Shown here piece by piece: positions 9,480 through 20,345 of a stretch of 64,000 nt of DNA (position 1 is its first letter; every line of letters begins with the position of its first letter). The translations under genes were made by a program, and so were the position numbers. Source of the stretch: an uncultured Gemmatimonadales bacterium (GTDB lineage Bacteria; Gemmatimonadota; Gemmatimonadetes; Gemmatimonadales; GWC2-71-9); NCBI GenBank assembly GCA_963715665.1, contig OY970263.1, positions 253,514-317,513 on the forward strand. The letters run 5' to 3'. The notes under the pieces were generated by a model that did no database searches, was not told the DNA's origin, and was given only the letters and a program-made list of their open reading frames with translations.

Positions 9480-10641
9480 GGCCGAGGCTCCGGTGCAGGT
9501 CGCGCACCTTGCCGACGATGCCCGGAAAGAGCTCGACGACCCGGTCGATCTCGGCCGGCGTGGTGGCGTGGCCCAGCGAAAAGCGGATCGTGCTGGTCGA
9601 GACCGACGGGGCGACCCCCATCGCGACCAGCACATGTGACGGTTCCACCGAACCGGTGGAACAGGCCGAACCGCCGGAACAGGCGACACCGGCAAGGTCG
9701 AGGTGCATCAGCAGCGCCTCGGCCTCCGCGTCGGGCACGCCGAGCGAGAGGACGTGCGGAGCGCGAGGGGCGGTCGCACCGTGGACCACGGCGTCGGGAA
9801 TGGCGGCGACGAGGCGGCGCGCAAGGTCGTCGCGCAGCTGCCGCAGGCGGGTCATCTCGCCGTCGAGCTCGGCGCGGGCGAGCTTTGCGGCGCGTCCCAG
9901 TGCGACGGCACCGGCGACGTTCTCGGTGCCGGGGCGGATGCCGAACTGCTGGCCGCCGCCGTGGATGATGGCCTCGATGATGTGGCGGTTGCGCACGATG
10001 AGCGCGCCGATGCCCTTGGGCGCGCCGAGCTTGTGGCCGCTGATTGACAGCAGCTGCACGCCGGCGGCGTCGAGGTCGACCGGCACCTTGCCAAACGCCT
10101 GGACCGCGTCGCTGTGGAACGGCACGCCCGTCGCGGCGCACCGCGCGCCGATGTCGGCCACCGGCTGCAGCACGCCGACCTCGTTGTTGACCCACATCAC
10201 CGAAACGAGTGAGGGATGCCGCGCGAGGGCCGCGTCGAGTGCGTCGAGGTCGAGAATGCCGTCGGGGCGGACCGGAAGAATCGTCTCGTCGCCACCGAGT
10301 TCGACGACGGCGTGGGCGGCGGCGAGCACCGCCTTGTGCTCGATGGCGGTGGTGACGACGTGCATCGGCCGGCCCCGGTGCCGGGCGGCGAGTGCCGCGC
10401 CGATCACCGCCAGGTTGTCGGCCTCGGTCCCGCCCGAGGTGAAGATCACCTGGTTCGGTTCGGCGCCGACCGCTTCGGCCACCTCCCGCTTGGCCTGCTC
10501 GAACCCGGCGCGGGCCGCCCGGCCGAAGCGGTGCGATGACGAGGGGTTCCCCCACGAGGCGTTGAAGAAGGGGAGCATGGCCTCGAGGACGTCCCCCCGG
10601 ACCGGCGTCGTGGCGGCGTTGTCGAGATAGATCGGTTCCAT
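9472..10641 (-). CDS. cysteine desulfurase (NifS/IscS family)
   Basis: [10 protein letters not shown]..., [14 protein letters not shown] (PLP lysine) and a C-terminal CSSG-like motif. ATG at 10641. Its stop overlaps the mnmA start. Confidence 0.85.
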   Translation of the reverse strand: MEPIYLDNAATTPVRGDVLEAMLPFFNASWGNPSSSHRFGRAARAGFEQAKREVAEAVGAEPNQVIFTSGGTEADNLAVIGAALAARHRGRPMHVVTTAIEHKAVLAAAHAVVELGGDETILPVRPDGILDLDALDAALARHPSLVSVMWVNNEVGVLQPVADIGARCAATGVPFHSDAVQAFGKVPVDLDAAGVQLLSISGHKLGAPKGIGALIVRNRHIIEAIIHGGGQQFGIRPGTENVAGAVALGRAAKLARAELDGEMTRLRQLRDDLARRLVAAIPDAVVHGATAPRAPHVLSLGVPDAEAEALLMHLDLAGVACSGGSACSTGSVEPSHVLVAMGVAPSVSTSTIRFSLGHATTPAEIDRVVELFPGIVGKVRDLHRSLGRA

Positions 10642-10800
10642 GGCGCTCAATCTAGCCGTCACTGGGCGGGGGAGCGACTCGACGGCGGCGATCACCGGTC
10701 AAGAATGGCACCTCGGCGCGCCGATGGAAAGTGCTGTGCCGCAAGGAGTTACAAGGTTGATACCGTGGTCGCACCGGTGCCACCTGGGTGGCATCGGTGA

Positions 10801-13689
10801 ATGGCCCGCTCGGGAGTCGCCGAGCATGGTACTTGCGCTCAGATTAGGGCAATGCCCGCATCGCAAGGAGATGGACCCGGACGCCTGGTCCGGCCCGGTT
10901 TGATCGCCGCCGGCACGGCAGCGAGCTACCTGCTTCTCGCGTCGGTGAGCTACGCCATCCCGCTGTTGGGGACCGAGATCGTGGCGGCGTGGCTCCCCGC
11001 TGGCTTGCTGCTCGCCTTCCTGCTCCTGCTCGACGGTTCCGAATGGGGTGCCGCGATGGCCGGGGCCGTCGTGGGCAACATGCTGGCCGACGTGCATCAC
11101 GGTTCGCGGCTCCTCGTTGCCCTGGCGGCCGGATTCGCCAACGTCGCCGAGTCATTCGTCGGGGCGCTGGTGCTGCGCCAGAAGCTGGGTCGGAAGATCT
11201 CCCTCGGGCGCCTCAGGGAACTCGGCTGGCTGTTGCTCGGCGTCGTGGTGGCAACAAACGCCGTGACGTCACTGCTTGGCGCGCTGGTGATGCACCTTGC
11301 CGGTAGCGCCGCCTTCAACCGGTCGTGGATCACGTGGTGGGTGGGAGACGGAGCCGGCATGCTGCTGATCACGCCGCTTCTGTTGACCTTTGTCGATCGG
11401 ACGAGGGGCGGCGAGCCGGTCGCCTGGCGAAGCGTCGTCCACGGGGCGGTCGCCGTTGTGGCGCTGATTGTCGTGGCGGGTTTCACCCTTGCCAATCCCC
11501 GCGGAAGCGGCCGCTTCATCGGCACCTCGCCGTACCTCGTCCTGCCGTTCGTGCTGTGGATCGCACTGGCCTTCGGTCCGGTTGGCGCGTCCGTCGCTGC
11601 GTTCGGGGTCGGGATGGCGGCGCTGGGCTACGGCGCAGCCGGGCATGGGCCCTTCGTGGCGCCGGGCGAGTCGGAACTCAAGGAAGTGCTGGGCCTCTAC
11701 AGCTTTCTTGCCCTGACGACGCTGACCGGGTTGGTGCCGGCGGCAATTCTCGAGGAGCGACGCCGCGCGACCGCGGCACTCCGGAGCAGCGAGGCCCGCT
11801 TCCGGGAACTCGCCGGTGCGATCGACGATGTCTTCTGGATTGCCGACCATGAGACGCTGGCGCCGCTCTACGTCTCGCCGGCGTTCGAACGGATCTGGGG
11901 CCGGCCCGGTATGGCGGTGACCGGCGGTCGCGACGGCCTCCTCGACACCGTCCACCCCGACGACGTCGCGGCAGTGGCAGCCACCTACGCCGCGAGCCGC
12001 GGCGGGAGGCCCTTCGAGCATACCTACCGCATCGTGCGGCCCGACGGTGAGGTCCGCTGGATTCACGGGCGCGGTTTTCCGGTGCGTGACGGCGCGGGAG
12101 CGGTGGTGCGGATTGCCGGTGTGGCCCGCGACATCACCACACAGCGCGAGGCGGAGACGGCGCTGGTGCGGACCGAAGAGCAGATGCGCTTTGCCCTCGA
12201 GGCGTCGGCGGTGGGGTTCTGGGAGGCTGACCTTGTCGGCGACACGGCCACGTGGTCGGCGACGTGTGAGGCGATGCACGGACTCGAACCGGGAACGTTC
12301 GGCGGCCGCCTCGGGGCGTTCATCGATCTGATCCACCCGGAAGACCGTGAGATCATCGCGCAGCGGGTGGCCGACTCGATTGCCGCGCACGCCGACGCCC
12401 AGATCGAATACCGGACTCGCTGGCCCGACGGCACCGTCCACTGGATCGTCTCGACCATTCACCCGGTGCACGACGCCGACGGGCGCCCGCTCAAGGCCAC
12501 CGGTGTCGCGATCGACGTCACCGAGCGCCGCGAGCTGGAGAATCAGCTACGGCAGGCCGGCAAGATGGAGGCCGTGGGCCAACTGGCTGGCGGCATTGCG
12601 CACGACTTCAACAACATCCTCACCGCGATCCTCGGCAACGCCGAGCTGCTGATCGAGGATGCCTCGGCGACGGTGGACCAGCGCAATTCCGCCGCCGAGA
12701 TCCGCACCGCCGCGGTGCGCGGCGCACGCCTCACCCGCCAGCTGCTGGCCTTCGGGCGGCGCCAGGTGCTGATGCCGCGACGCACCCGCGTCAGCGAGGT
12801 GGTCCGCGACATGCTGCCGATGCTGCGCCGCGTGCTCGGTGAGCACATCATCATCAGTGCGCCGGACACGACGGCCGATCCGGAGTTGGTGGCCGACGTC
12901 ACGCAGCTCGAGCAGATCATCCTCAACCTCGCCATCAACGCCGGCGATGCGATGCCGGATGGCGGCCAGCTCGACATCACGGTCGGTGAGGCGCTACTGC
13001 CGCCCGACGCCGGGCCGCGCGAGATGCCGCTCGACGGTGGCCGGTATGTCGTGATCGACGTGACCGACAGCGGCACCGGCATTGGCCGCGAAGTGCTGGC
13101 CCACATCTTCGAACCGTTCTTCACCACCAAGCCCGCCGGTCACGGCACCGGCCTCGGCCTGGCCACCGTCCACGGGATCGTGACGCAGATGCACGGCGCC
13201 GTCGAAGTGTCGAGCCGCCGGGGCGAAGGGACGCGGTTCCGCATCTACCTCCCCGCCGCCGACGAGACGGGTGAACGGGAAACGGAGAGCGAACGCCAGC
13301 AGGTCACGGTGGGCGGCAACGAGACGATCCTGCTGGTCGAGGACGAACCGGCGGTGCGGGCCTACCTCACCAAGACCCTCGAGCGGCACGGTTATCGGGT
13401 GATCGCGGCTGCGGACGCTGCCGCGGCGCAGGACGCCTTCCGGCGCGCGGCGGTGCCGATCGACGTGCTGATCACCGACCTGCGGATGCCGGGCATCAGC
13501 GGCGTCGATCTGGCCGCCGAGCTGCGGAAGACCCAGCCGGTGCTGCGGGTGATCTTCATGTCCGGGTACAGCGAATTGGCCGCCGACATCGCAAGCAGCG
13601 AGCAGCCGTTTCTCGCCAAGCCGTTCAGTGGGGCGGATCTTGCCGCGATGGTCCGCACCGTGCTCGATGCCGGACGGATCGTGAACTGA
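10801..13689 (+). CDS. hybrid sensor histidine kinase/response regulator (MASE1-PAS-PAS-HisKA-HATPase-REC)
   Basis: Multi-TM N-terminus, two PAS-like blocks (WIHGRGFPVRD, WIVSTIHPVHD), an H-box (GGIAHDFNNIL), G-boxes, and a REC domain (LLVEDEP...DLRMPG...K). The alternative start is ATG 10852. Confidence 0.85.
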   Translation: MARSGVAEHGTCAQIRAMPASQGDGPGRLVRPGLIAAGTAASYLLLASVSYAIPLLGTEIVAAWLPAGLLLAFLLLLDGSEWGAAMAGAVVGNMLADVHHGSRLLVALAAGFANVAESFVGALVLRQKLGRKISLGRLRELGWLLLGVVVATNAVTSLLGALVMHLAGSAAFNRSWITWWVGDGAGMLLITPLLLTFVDRTRGGEPVAWRSVVHGAVAVVALIVVAGFTLANPRGSGRFIGTSPYLVLPFVLWIALAFGPVGASVAAFGVGMAALGYGAAGHGPFVAPGESELKEVLGLYSFLALTTLTGLVPAAILEERRRATAALRSSEARFRELAGAIDDVFWIADHETLAPLYVSPAFERIWGRPGMAVTGGRDGLLDTVHPDDVAAVAATYAASRGGRPFEHTYRIVRPDGEVRWIHGRGFPVRDGAGAVVRIAGVARDITTQREAETALVRTEEQMRFALEASAVGFWEADLVGDTATWSATCEAMHGLEPGTFGGRLGAFIDLIHPEDREIIAQRVADSIAAHADAQIEYRTRWPDGTVHWIVSTIHPVHDADGRPLKATGVAIDVTERRELENQLRQAGKMEAVGQLAGGIAHDFNNILTAILGNAELLIEDASATVDQRNSAAEIRTAAVRGARLTRQLLAFGRRQVLMPRRTRVSEVVRDMLPMLRRVLGEHIIISAPDTTADPELVADVTQLEQIILNLAINAGDAMPDGGQLDITVGEALLPPDAGPREMPLDGGRYVVIDVTDSGTGIGREVLAHIFEPFFTTKPAGHGTGLGLATVHGIVTQMHGAVEVSSRRGEGTRFRIYLPAADETGERETESERQQVTVGGNETILLVEDEPAVRAYLTKTLERHGYRVIAAADAAAAQDAFRRAAVPIDVLITDLRMPGISGVDLAAELRKTQPVLRVIFMSGYSELAADIASSEQPFLAKPFSGADLAAMVRTVLDAGRIVN

Positions 13690-13703
13690 ATGCCGGCGAA
13701 GCT

Positions 13704-14420
13704 CTAGAGGCTCGCCACCCCCAGCGTCACCACGTCGTCGACCGCCATGGCCTCCGGCGTCCAGTACGGTTCGCCGTACCTGGCGCGGATCAGCGAACCG
13801 TAGTGCCCGTTCTGCGTCGCGATCAGGTCGTGCAACGGCTGCCCGGTGGGGTAGAGTTCGCCCGCCTGGCGCACGCCCTCGAACTGCGACGCAAAACAGG
13901 CCACGGCGCGGAGCTTCTTGTCGAACTGCTCGCTGATGTCCACCACGAACGTCGGCTTGACGACATCTTCGCGGAAGCTGAGGGCATAGCAGAGCTTGCT
14001 GGGCCGGAAGCGTTCGCCGGCGCCGGGATAGTTCTTCAGGCCGGCGAGAAAGCTCGCGTCGCGGATCAGCTCCGAGGCGATGCGGTGGTCGGGGTGGCGG
14101 CCGGTGATGTACTGCAGGATGACGGTCCGCGGGCGGAGTTCGCGCAGCAGCTCGACCACCACCCGGCGGCTGGCGTCGTCGTTGGCGAGGTGGCCGTCCG
14201 GCAGCCCGGCGTTGCGGCGTTCGGCGACGCCGAGAATCTCGGCTGCCTCCGCCGCCTCGCGCGCTCGCAGTTCGGGCGTGCCGCGCGAACCGAGCTCGCC
14301 GCGGGTCAGATCGACAATGCCGACCCGGTGCCCCTGCTCAACGGCGCGCGCCAGGGTGCCGCCGCAGAGGAGTTCAGCGTCGTCGGGGTGGGCCATGATG
14401 GCGAGAAGGTCGACGGGCAT
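13704..14420 (-). CDS. PIG-L family deacetylase (BshB1-like)
   Basis: AIMAHPDDAELLCGGT...HPDH motifs. ATG at 14420 was chosen because the upstream 27 codons of the track ORF are just a translation of the heptamer array. Confidence 0.8.
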   Translation of the reverse strand: MPVDLLAIMAHPDDAELLCGGTLARAVEQGHRVGIVDLTRGELGSRGTPELRAREAAEAAEILGVAERRNAGLPDGHLANDDASRRVVVELLRELRPRTVILQYITGRHPDHRIASELIRDASFLAGLKNYPGAGERFRPSKLCYALSFREDVVKPTFVVDISEQFDKKLRAVACFASQFEGVRQAGELYPTGQPLHDLIATQNGHYGSLIRARYGEPYWTPEAMAVDDVVTLGVASL

Positions 14421-14431
14421 GGGGTGAAGAT

Positions 14432-14582
14432 AGCCCAGAGCCCAGAGCCCCGAGCCCAGAGCCCAGAGCCCAGAGCCCAGAGGCGGCCCACAGCCCGCCA
14501 CGTGTCGCCTCCAATATCACGTCGACGTCAGCACGGACATTCCGTGTCCGATCTGCGGCCCCTGGGCTCTGGGCTCTGGGCC
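14432..14582. repeat. inverted pair of heptamer arrays
   Basis: (AGCCCAG)x7 (one AGCCCCG variant) at 14432-14480 and the complementary (CTGGGCT)x3 at 14562-14582, with 81 nt between them. Confidence 0.85.
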
Positions 14583-14585
14583 GCT

Positions 14586-15835
14586 CTATTCGTACCGCAG
14601 TGCTTCCACCGGATCCATCCGCGCCGCCCGGTTCGCCGGCACGATGCCGAACACCAACCCGATCGCGATCGACGCCGCCGTCGCCACCAGCGCGCTCCAC
14701 AGCGGCGGCGCCGCGTCGATGTGCAGCAGTGCCTTGAGCGCTTCGCCGCCGAGGATGCCGAGCCCGATGCCGATCAGCCCGCCGGTGGCGGTGAGGGTCG
14801 CGGCTTCCACCAGGAACTGCCAGAGGATTTCGCCGCGCGTCGCGCCGAGGGCCTTCCGCACGCCGATCTCCCGGGTCCGGTCGGTGACCGACACCATCAT
14901 GATCGCCATCACGCCGATCCCGCCCACCAGCAGCGCCACGCTCGACAGCGCGATCATCACGAGGAAGAACGCCGAGGTCAGCTTGTCGACGATCGCGAGG
15001 ATCTGGTCCTGGGTCAGGACGTCGAACGAGTTCGGCGCGCCGGGGCGTGAGCCCGCGGACGCGCCGCAATGCCGCCACCGTGGCGTCCTTGGCGATGTCG
15101 ATGTCGACGCCACGCTTGGCCAGGACGACGATGAACAGCGCATTGGTGTCGTCGTAGGGGAACAGCTGCTTGATGGCGCGGAACGGTGCCACGCCGCCGT
15201 CGGTCTGCCCCGGCGCCTGGAAGATGTTGTCGGGGCGGGCATAGACGCCGATGATGGTGAACGACCTGCCACCGACCCGGACCACCTTGCCGAGCGGGTC
15301 GAGGTACCCGAAGAGGTGCTGCGCCACCTGGGTCTCGATCACCATCACCTGTTCGCCGGCGTTGAGTTCGGCGTTCGAGAACCAGCGCCCCTCGAGCAGG
15401 TTGCCGCCCTGGACGTCGAGATAGTGCTGGTCGGCGCCCCCACACCAGCACGGTCTGCGAGTGGACGCCGTAGTACTCCATGCGCTGCTGCACCTGCACC
15501 CAGAGGCCGGCGTGGGCGATTTCGGGCATGGCGGCGATGGCGGCGGCGTCGCGCTCGTTGACCACCGGGCGGGCGCGCACCTCCGGGGGGAGGTTCTGCG
15601 GATTGAGCGGTGTCGACGAGAAGAACCGGATGACGTAGAACGTCTCGGGCGAGGCGGTCTCGATCGAGGCGAAGATCTGGCTGCGGATTCCTTCGACCAG
15701 CGAGGCCATCACCATCACGGTGGTGACGCCGATGACGACACCGAGCACTGTCAGCGCCGAGCGGAGCTTGCTGGCGCGCATGGCGTCGAAGGCCAGCACC
15801 ACGCCCTCGCCGACGTTGCGGACGCGGAAGGCCAT
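14586..15835 (-). pseudogene. MacB/FtsX-type ABC permease, paralogue d, 2 frameshifts
   Basis: The protein can be reassembled from three track ORFs. The shifts are at a C5 run (15437-15441) and a G4 run (15042-15045). The C-terminus is ...ANRAARMDPVEALRYE. Confidence 0.75.
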
Positions 15836-15838
15836 CGG

Positions 15839-17083
15839 CTACTCCTGCCGCAGTGCCGTGATCGGGTCGAGCCGCGCGGCGCGTGCGGCGGGATAGACGC
15901 CGAAGATGATCCCGGTGCCGGCGCCGAGGGCCAGCGCCACCGCGACCGACCAGACCGTGACCCTTGCCGGCAGCGGCGAGAAGCGCGCCACCAGCTGCGC
16001 CAGCCCCCAGCCGCTGGCAACGCCAAGCAGACCACCGAGGGTGCTGAGGATCACGGTCTCGACCAGGAACTGCCGCTGGATGTCGCGATGGTTGGCGCCC
16101 ACCGCCTTGCGGATGCCGATCTCGTGGGTGCGCTCGCTCACCGACATCAGCATGATGTTCATGATCACGATGCCGCCCACCACGATGCCGATGCCCACCA
16201 CCGCCGGGATGACGGCAAAGAGCAGCGCGGTGAGCTGCTTCCAGAACGCCACCAGCGCGTCGGCCTTGTCGACCGTGAAGTTGTCCTCCTGCGTGGGCAG
16301 CAGGTGATGGGCAATGCGCATCGCCTCCTCGGCGCGCTCCATCGCGTCCGGAATCGCCGCGGCGCTCCGCATCTTGACCGACACCACCGTGGTCTGGCGC
16401 CGGCCCCAGATGGCCTCGAAGGTGCTGATCGGCATCAGGGCGAAGGCATCGAACGACTGCCCGAGGGTCTTGCCCTTCTGGGCAATGACGCCCGAGATGG
16501 TGAACTCCTCGCCGGCAATCCGCACCTTCTGTCCGACCGCCGCCGCCGGCGACGAGAAGAGCTTGTCGGCAATGTCGTAGCCCACCACGATCACCGGGCG
16601 CCGCTCGCGCACGTCGGGGTCGACCAGCGGCCGGCCGGCGGCGAAGCGGTAGTCCTGCACCGTCTGGTAGGGCGGGGTGACCCCGAAGATCATCACGCCG
16701 CCGAGCGACTGGTTGCCGCTCACCACCGTGGTGACCGGCGTGGGCCAGCCGCTCTGGAGCGCCACCGCTTCGGCGTCGGGGAGGGCCCGTTCCACCGCGT
16801 CGGCGTCGCTCCGCGAGATGATCGGGCGGAGCGCCAGCCGGCGCACCTCCTCGTCGCTCAGCAGTCCCACGGTGATCGGCGTCCGCCGCACCTGGAACGC
16901 GTTGGTGCCGATCATCGCGTCGGTCAGGTTGGTCTGCACGTACGAGTTCATTCCCTGGATGATCGAGACGACGGTCACCAGGAAGCCGACCGAGACGATG
17001 ATGCCGAGGAGGGTAAAGAAGGAGCGGAGCTTGGCCCCACGGATCGTGGCGAGAGCGAGGCGGAGCGCTTCGCGGTAGGGCAT
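15839..17083 (-). CDS. MacB/FtsX-type ABC permease, paralogue c (intact)
   Basis: 414-aa uninterrupted ORF with an N-terminal TM helix, a periplasmic domain and an FtsX C-terminus (...RTHEIGIRKAVGA...ARLDPITALRQE). Confidence 0.9.
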   Translation of the reverse strand: MPYREALRLALATIRGAKLRSFFTLLGIIVSVGFLVTVVSIIQGMNSYVQTNLTDAMIGTNAFQVRRTPITVGLLSDEEVRRLALRPIISRSDADAVERALPDAEAVALQSGWPTPVTTVVSGNQSLGGVMIFGVTPPYQTVQDYRFAAGRPLVDPDVRERRPVIVVGYDIADKLFSSPAAAVGQKVRIAGEEFTISGVIAQKGKTLGQSFDAFALMPISTFEAIWGRRQTTVVSVKMRSAAAIPDAMERAEEAMRIAHHLLPTQEDNFTVDKADALVAFWKQLTALLFAVIPAVVGIGIVVGGIVIMNIMLMSVSERTHEIGIRKAVGANHRDIQRQFLVETVILSTLGGLLGVASGWGLAQLVARFSPLPARVTVWSVAVALALGAGTGIIFGVYPAARAARLDPITALRQE

Positions 17084-17098
17084 GGGGAGAAGATAGCC

Positions 17099-17126
17099 GA
17101 GGGCCCGGGGCCCGGGGCCCGGGCTG
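17099..17126. repeat. heptamer tandem array (CGGGGCC-type, ~4 units)
   Basis: Read directly. It fills the 45-nt gap between permease paralogues b and c. Confidence 0.8.
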
Positions 17127-17128
17127 CG

Positions 17129-18390
17129 TTACTCGTACCTCAACGCTTCGACCGGATCCAGCCTCGCCGCCCGGTTGGCGGGATAGAGCCCGAAGAACAC
17201 CCCGGTGATCGCCGAGGCGAGGATCGCGGCAAAGACCGCCCAGAGCGGAATCGCGGCCGGGATCGGCGTCAGGTGCTCGATGGCGAAGGCGATCAGCGCG
17301 CCGGCGGCGAGGCCCACCAGGCCGCCGATGACCGTCAGCGTCGCCGCCTCGACCAGGAACTGGAAGAGGATCTCGCCCCGGGTGGCGCCGAGGGCCTTGC
17401 GTACGCCGATCTCGCGGGTGCGTTCGGTCACCGAGATCATCATGATGGCCACCACGCCCACACCGCCCACCATCAGGCCGACGCTCGAGAGCACCAGCAT
17501 GACGAGGAAGAATCCGCTGGTGATGCTGTTGAAGCTCTCGAGGAACTTCTCCCCGAGACCAGGTCGAAGGTGTTGTCCTGTTCCGGTCGGAGTCCGCGCT
17601 TGACCCGCAGCGCCGAGGTGACCTGGTCCATGGCGTCCGCCTGGGTCGCGGCGGCGGCGGGGAACACCGCGATGTCCATCCAGTTGCGCTGGTAGTTGCC
17701 GTGGTGCACCAGCGTCCCATGGGGAATGACGATGCGCACCGCGGTGTTGTTGCCGAAGACGCCCTTGGGGTCGCGATATTCGCCCACGATGGTGAACGGC
17801 AGCCCGAAGATCCGGATCTGCTTGCCGATCGGGTCGAGCCCCGGCATCAGCTGCTTGACCCCCTTGTCGTTGATGACCGCCACGAACGCGCCGCCATCGG
17901 CCTCGGTCGGCGTGAAGTTGCGGCCCTCGAGCAGCTCGCCGCCCTCGACCTGCATCCACGTGGCGCTGTTGCCGTCAATGCCGCACCGAGCTGAGCCGCT
18001 TGTCGCGATACGACACTTCGGAATTCGCCGATTCGTGCACGTTGACGGCGGCCACGTCCGGGAGCGAGGCGATCAGCTTCGCGTCGGCCTCGGCGAGCGG
18101 CGGCCGGTGCCGCCACGGGGCATTCTGGCCGTCGTTGATCACCACGCCGGCCTGGAAGTAGCGCAGCACCATGAACGTCTTCGGCCCGGCCTGTTCGACG
18201 ATGCTCGGTGACCGAATCGCGGATGCCGGTGATCATCGACGCCATGCCCACCACCACCATCACGCCGATGGCGATGCCGAGGATGGTGAGCGCCGCGCGG
18301 GTCTTGCTGACGCGGAGGGCGTCGACGGCAAGCGCAGATGCCTTCGCCCGCCCGGGCAAAGAGATTGCCGCGTCCGAGGATCGGGTTCAT
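17129..18390 (-). pseudogene. MacB/FtsX-type ABC permease, paralogue b, about 4 frameshifts
   Basis: The homologous sequence is spread over 4-5 frame segments, with shifts near 18330-18345, 18200-18210, 17981-17986 and a C4 run at 17551-17554. The ATG at 18390 overlaps the stop of paralogue a (ATGA). Confidence 0.7.
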
Positions 18391-19629
18391 TCGTGGCCCA
18401 GCGCGTCGATCGGGTCGAGCCGCGACGCCTGGCGCGCCGGATACACGCCGGCAATCATCCCGACCAGGATGCCGAGGGCGACGCCGACGCCGATCGACCA
18501 TGGGGCCACCGCCGCCGGCAGCGGCGTGGTGGCGCGCAGCAGCGAACGCCAGCAGGATGCCGGCGCCGATCCCGAACAGGGCACCGGTCGACGACAGCGC
18601 CGCCGACTCGACGACGAACTGCGACATGATGTCACGGCGGCGCGCGCCAAGGGCCTTGCGAATGCCGATCTCGCGGGTACGCTCCGCCACCGCCATGAGC
18701 ATGATGTTCATGATCACGATGCCGCCCACCACCAGCGAGATCGCCACCAGCCCCGGCAGCGCCAGGAACAGCACGTTGGCGATCTTGTCCCATTCCGACA
18801 GCGCCGCCTCGGCGGTCTCCACCGAGAAGTTGTCCTGCTGCTCGGGCTTGAGGCCGCGCCGGTCGCGCATCAGCACCGTGACGTCTTCCACGGCGTTCTG
18901 CATCATCTTCGGATCGACGGTCTGCACCTGCAGCTCGTCGATGACATGGGGGCGGTTGACCATGTTGCGCACCGGCGAGGTGATCGGCACGATGGCGAAC
19001 TTGTCGAGCGAGAAGCCGAACAGGTCGCCCTGCTTCTCGACCACGCCGATGACGGTGTGCGGGATGCCGCCGATCTGCACCGCCTGGCCCAGCGGATCGC
19101 GCCCCTGGAAGAGGCGCTGCGCGAGTTCCCAGCCGAGGACCACCACGTGCGACCCGGCCTCCTGCTCCTGCTCGGTGTAGATCCGTCCGTCGGCGATGTT
19201 GTAGCTCTTGATCGCGAAGATGCTCGGGTCGGCGCAGATCACCTGGATGCCGGTGGCGGTGCGGCCGTTGTACTCGACGCCCAACTGGTCATAGCCGACC
19301 CGGGCAAACCGCGCCGGCACGTCGAGGTGCGCCTCGATGTAGGCGGCGTCTTCCAGGGTGATGCGCGGATTGCGCTGCCAGGCCCGCCACTGGTCCTCGG
19401 TGACGTTGCCCATCACGAAGTCGGGGCGGGAACGGAGCTGGAAGGTGTTCAGCCCGATCAGCGCCCCGGCAAACTTGTCGGTCATGTACACGTTCATGCC
19501 CTGCACGATCGAGACGACCGCGATCAGGAACGTCACGCCGATCATCACGCCCACCAGCGAGAAGAAGCTCTTCAGCTTCTGGGCGCGGATCGACGACAGC
19601 GCCAGGCGGATCGCCTCGAAGAACGGCAT
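18387..19629 (-). pseudogene. MacB/FtsX-type ABC permease, paralogue a, 1 frameshift
   Basis: The frame is good to ...GILLAFA, then shifts near 18538-18545. The proper C-terminus (TTPLPAAVAPWSIG...ARQASRLDPIDALGHE) is in ORF 18387..18650. Confidence 0.75.
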
Positions 19630-20345
19630 CAGGCCGCGGCCGCCGCACCACCGCGTGGCGCGCCGGGGTGATCGCTGTCAATCCGCCCGTCGCGCAGCAC
19701 GATGATGCGGTGGGCGTGGGCGGCAATGTCGGTCTCGTGGGTCACCAGCACCACCGTCTGGCCCTGGTCGTGGAGCGTGCCGAAGACCCGCATGATCTCC
19801 TCGCTGGTGGCTGAGTCGAGGTTGCCGGTCGGTTCGTCGGCGAGGAGGATCGACGGCTCGTTGACCAACGCCCGGGCAATCGCCACCCGCTGCCGCTGGC
19901 CGCCCGAGAGCTCGTTGGGCTTGTGGTGCAGCCGCTCGCCAAGGCCGACCCGCCGCAGCGCCGCCTCGGCGCGCCGCCGCCGCTCGCGGGCCGGCAGCCC
20001 GGCATAGACCAGCGGCAGCTCGACGTTGGCCAGTGCCGACGCCCGGGGGAGCAGGTTGAAGGTCTGGAAGACGAAGCCGATCTCGCGATTGCGGACCATC
20101 GCGAGGGCGTCGTCGGCCATCCGCGACACCTCGTGCCCGTTGAGCCAGTAGCTGCCGCCGCTCGGCGTGTCGAGGCAGCCGAGGACGTTCATCATCGTCG
20201 ACTTCCCCGACCCCGACGGCCCCATGATGGCCACGTATTCGTTGCGGCCGATCTCCAGGTCGACGCCCTTGAGCGCCTGCACCCGCTCGGAGCCCATCAG
20301 GTACTCGCGGGTGATGCCCCGCAGGCGGATGATCGCGTCGGTCAT
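19629..20345 (-). CDS. ABC transporter ATP-binding protein (MacB/LolD type)
   Basis: Walker A (GPSGSGKST), signature (LSGGQRQR) and Walker B ([11 protein letters not shown]). Confidence 0.9.
   Translation of the reverse strand: MTDAIIRLRGITREYLMGSERVQALKGVDLEIGRNEYVAIMGPSGSGKSTMMNVLGCLDTPSGGSYWLNGHEVSRMADDALAMVRNREIGFVFQTFNLLPRASALANVELPLVYAGLPARERRRRAEAALRRVGLGERLHHKPNELSGGQRQRVAIARALVNEPSILLADEPTGNLDSATSEEIMRVFGTLHDQGQTVVLVTHETDIAAHAHRIIVLRDGRIDSDHPGAPRGGAAAAA

Noticed and set aside
14421-14501. N-terminal extension MAGCGPPLGSGLWALGSGLWALG of the deacetylase ORF
   Set aside because: It is only a translation of the heptamer array. The conserved protein starts at ATG 14420.
14432-14582. Possible CRISPR array
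   Set aside because: These are 7-nt units in direct tandem with no spacers, and no cas genes are present. This is a microsatellite-like array, not CRISPR.
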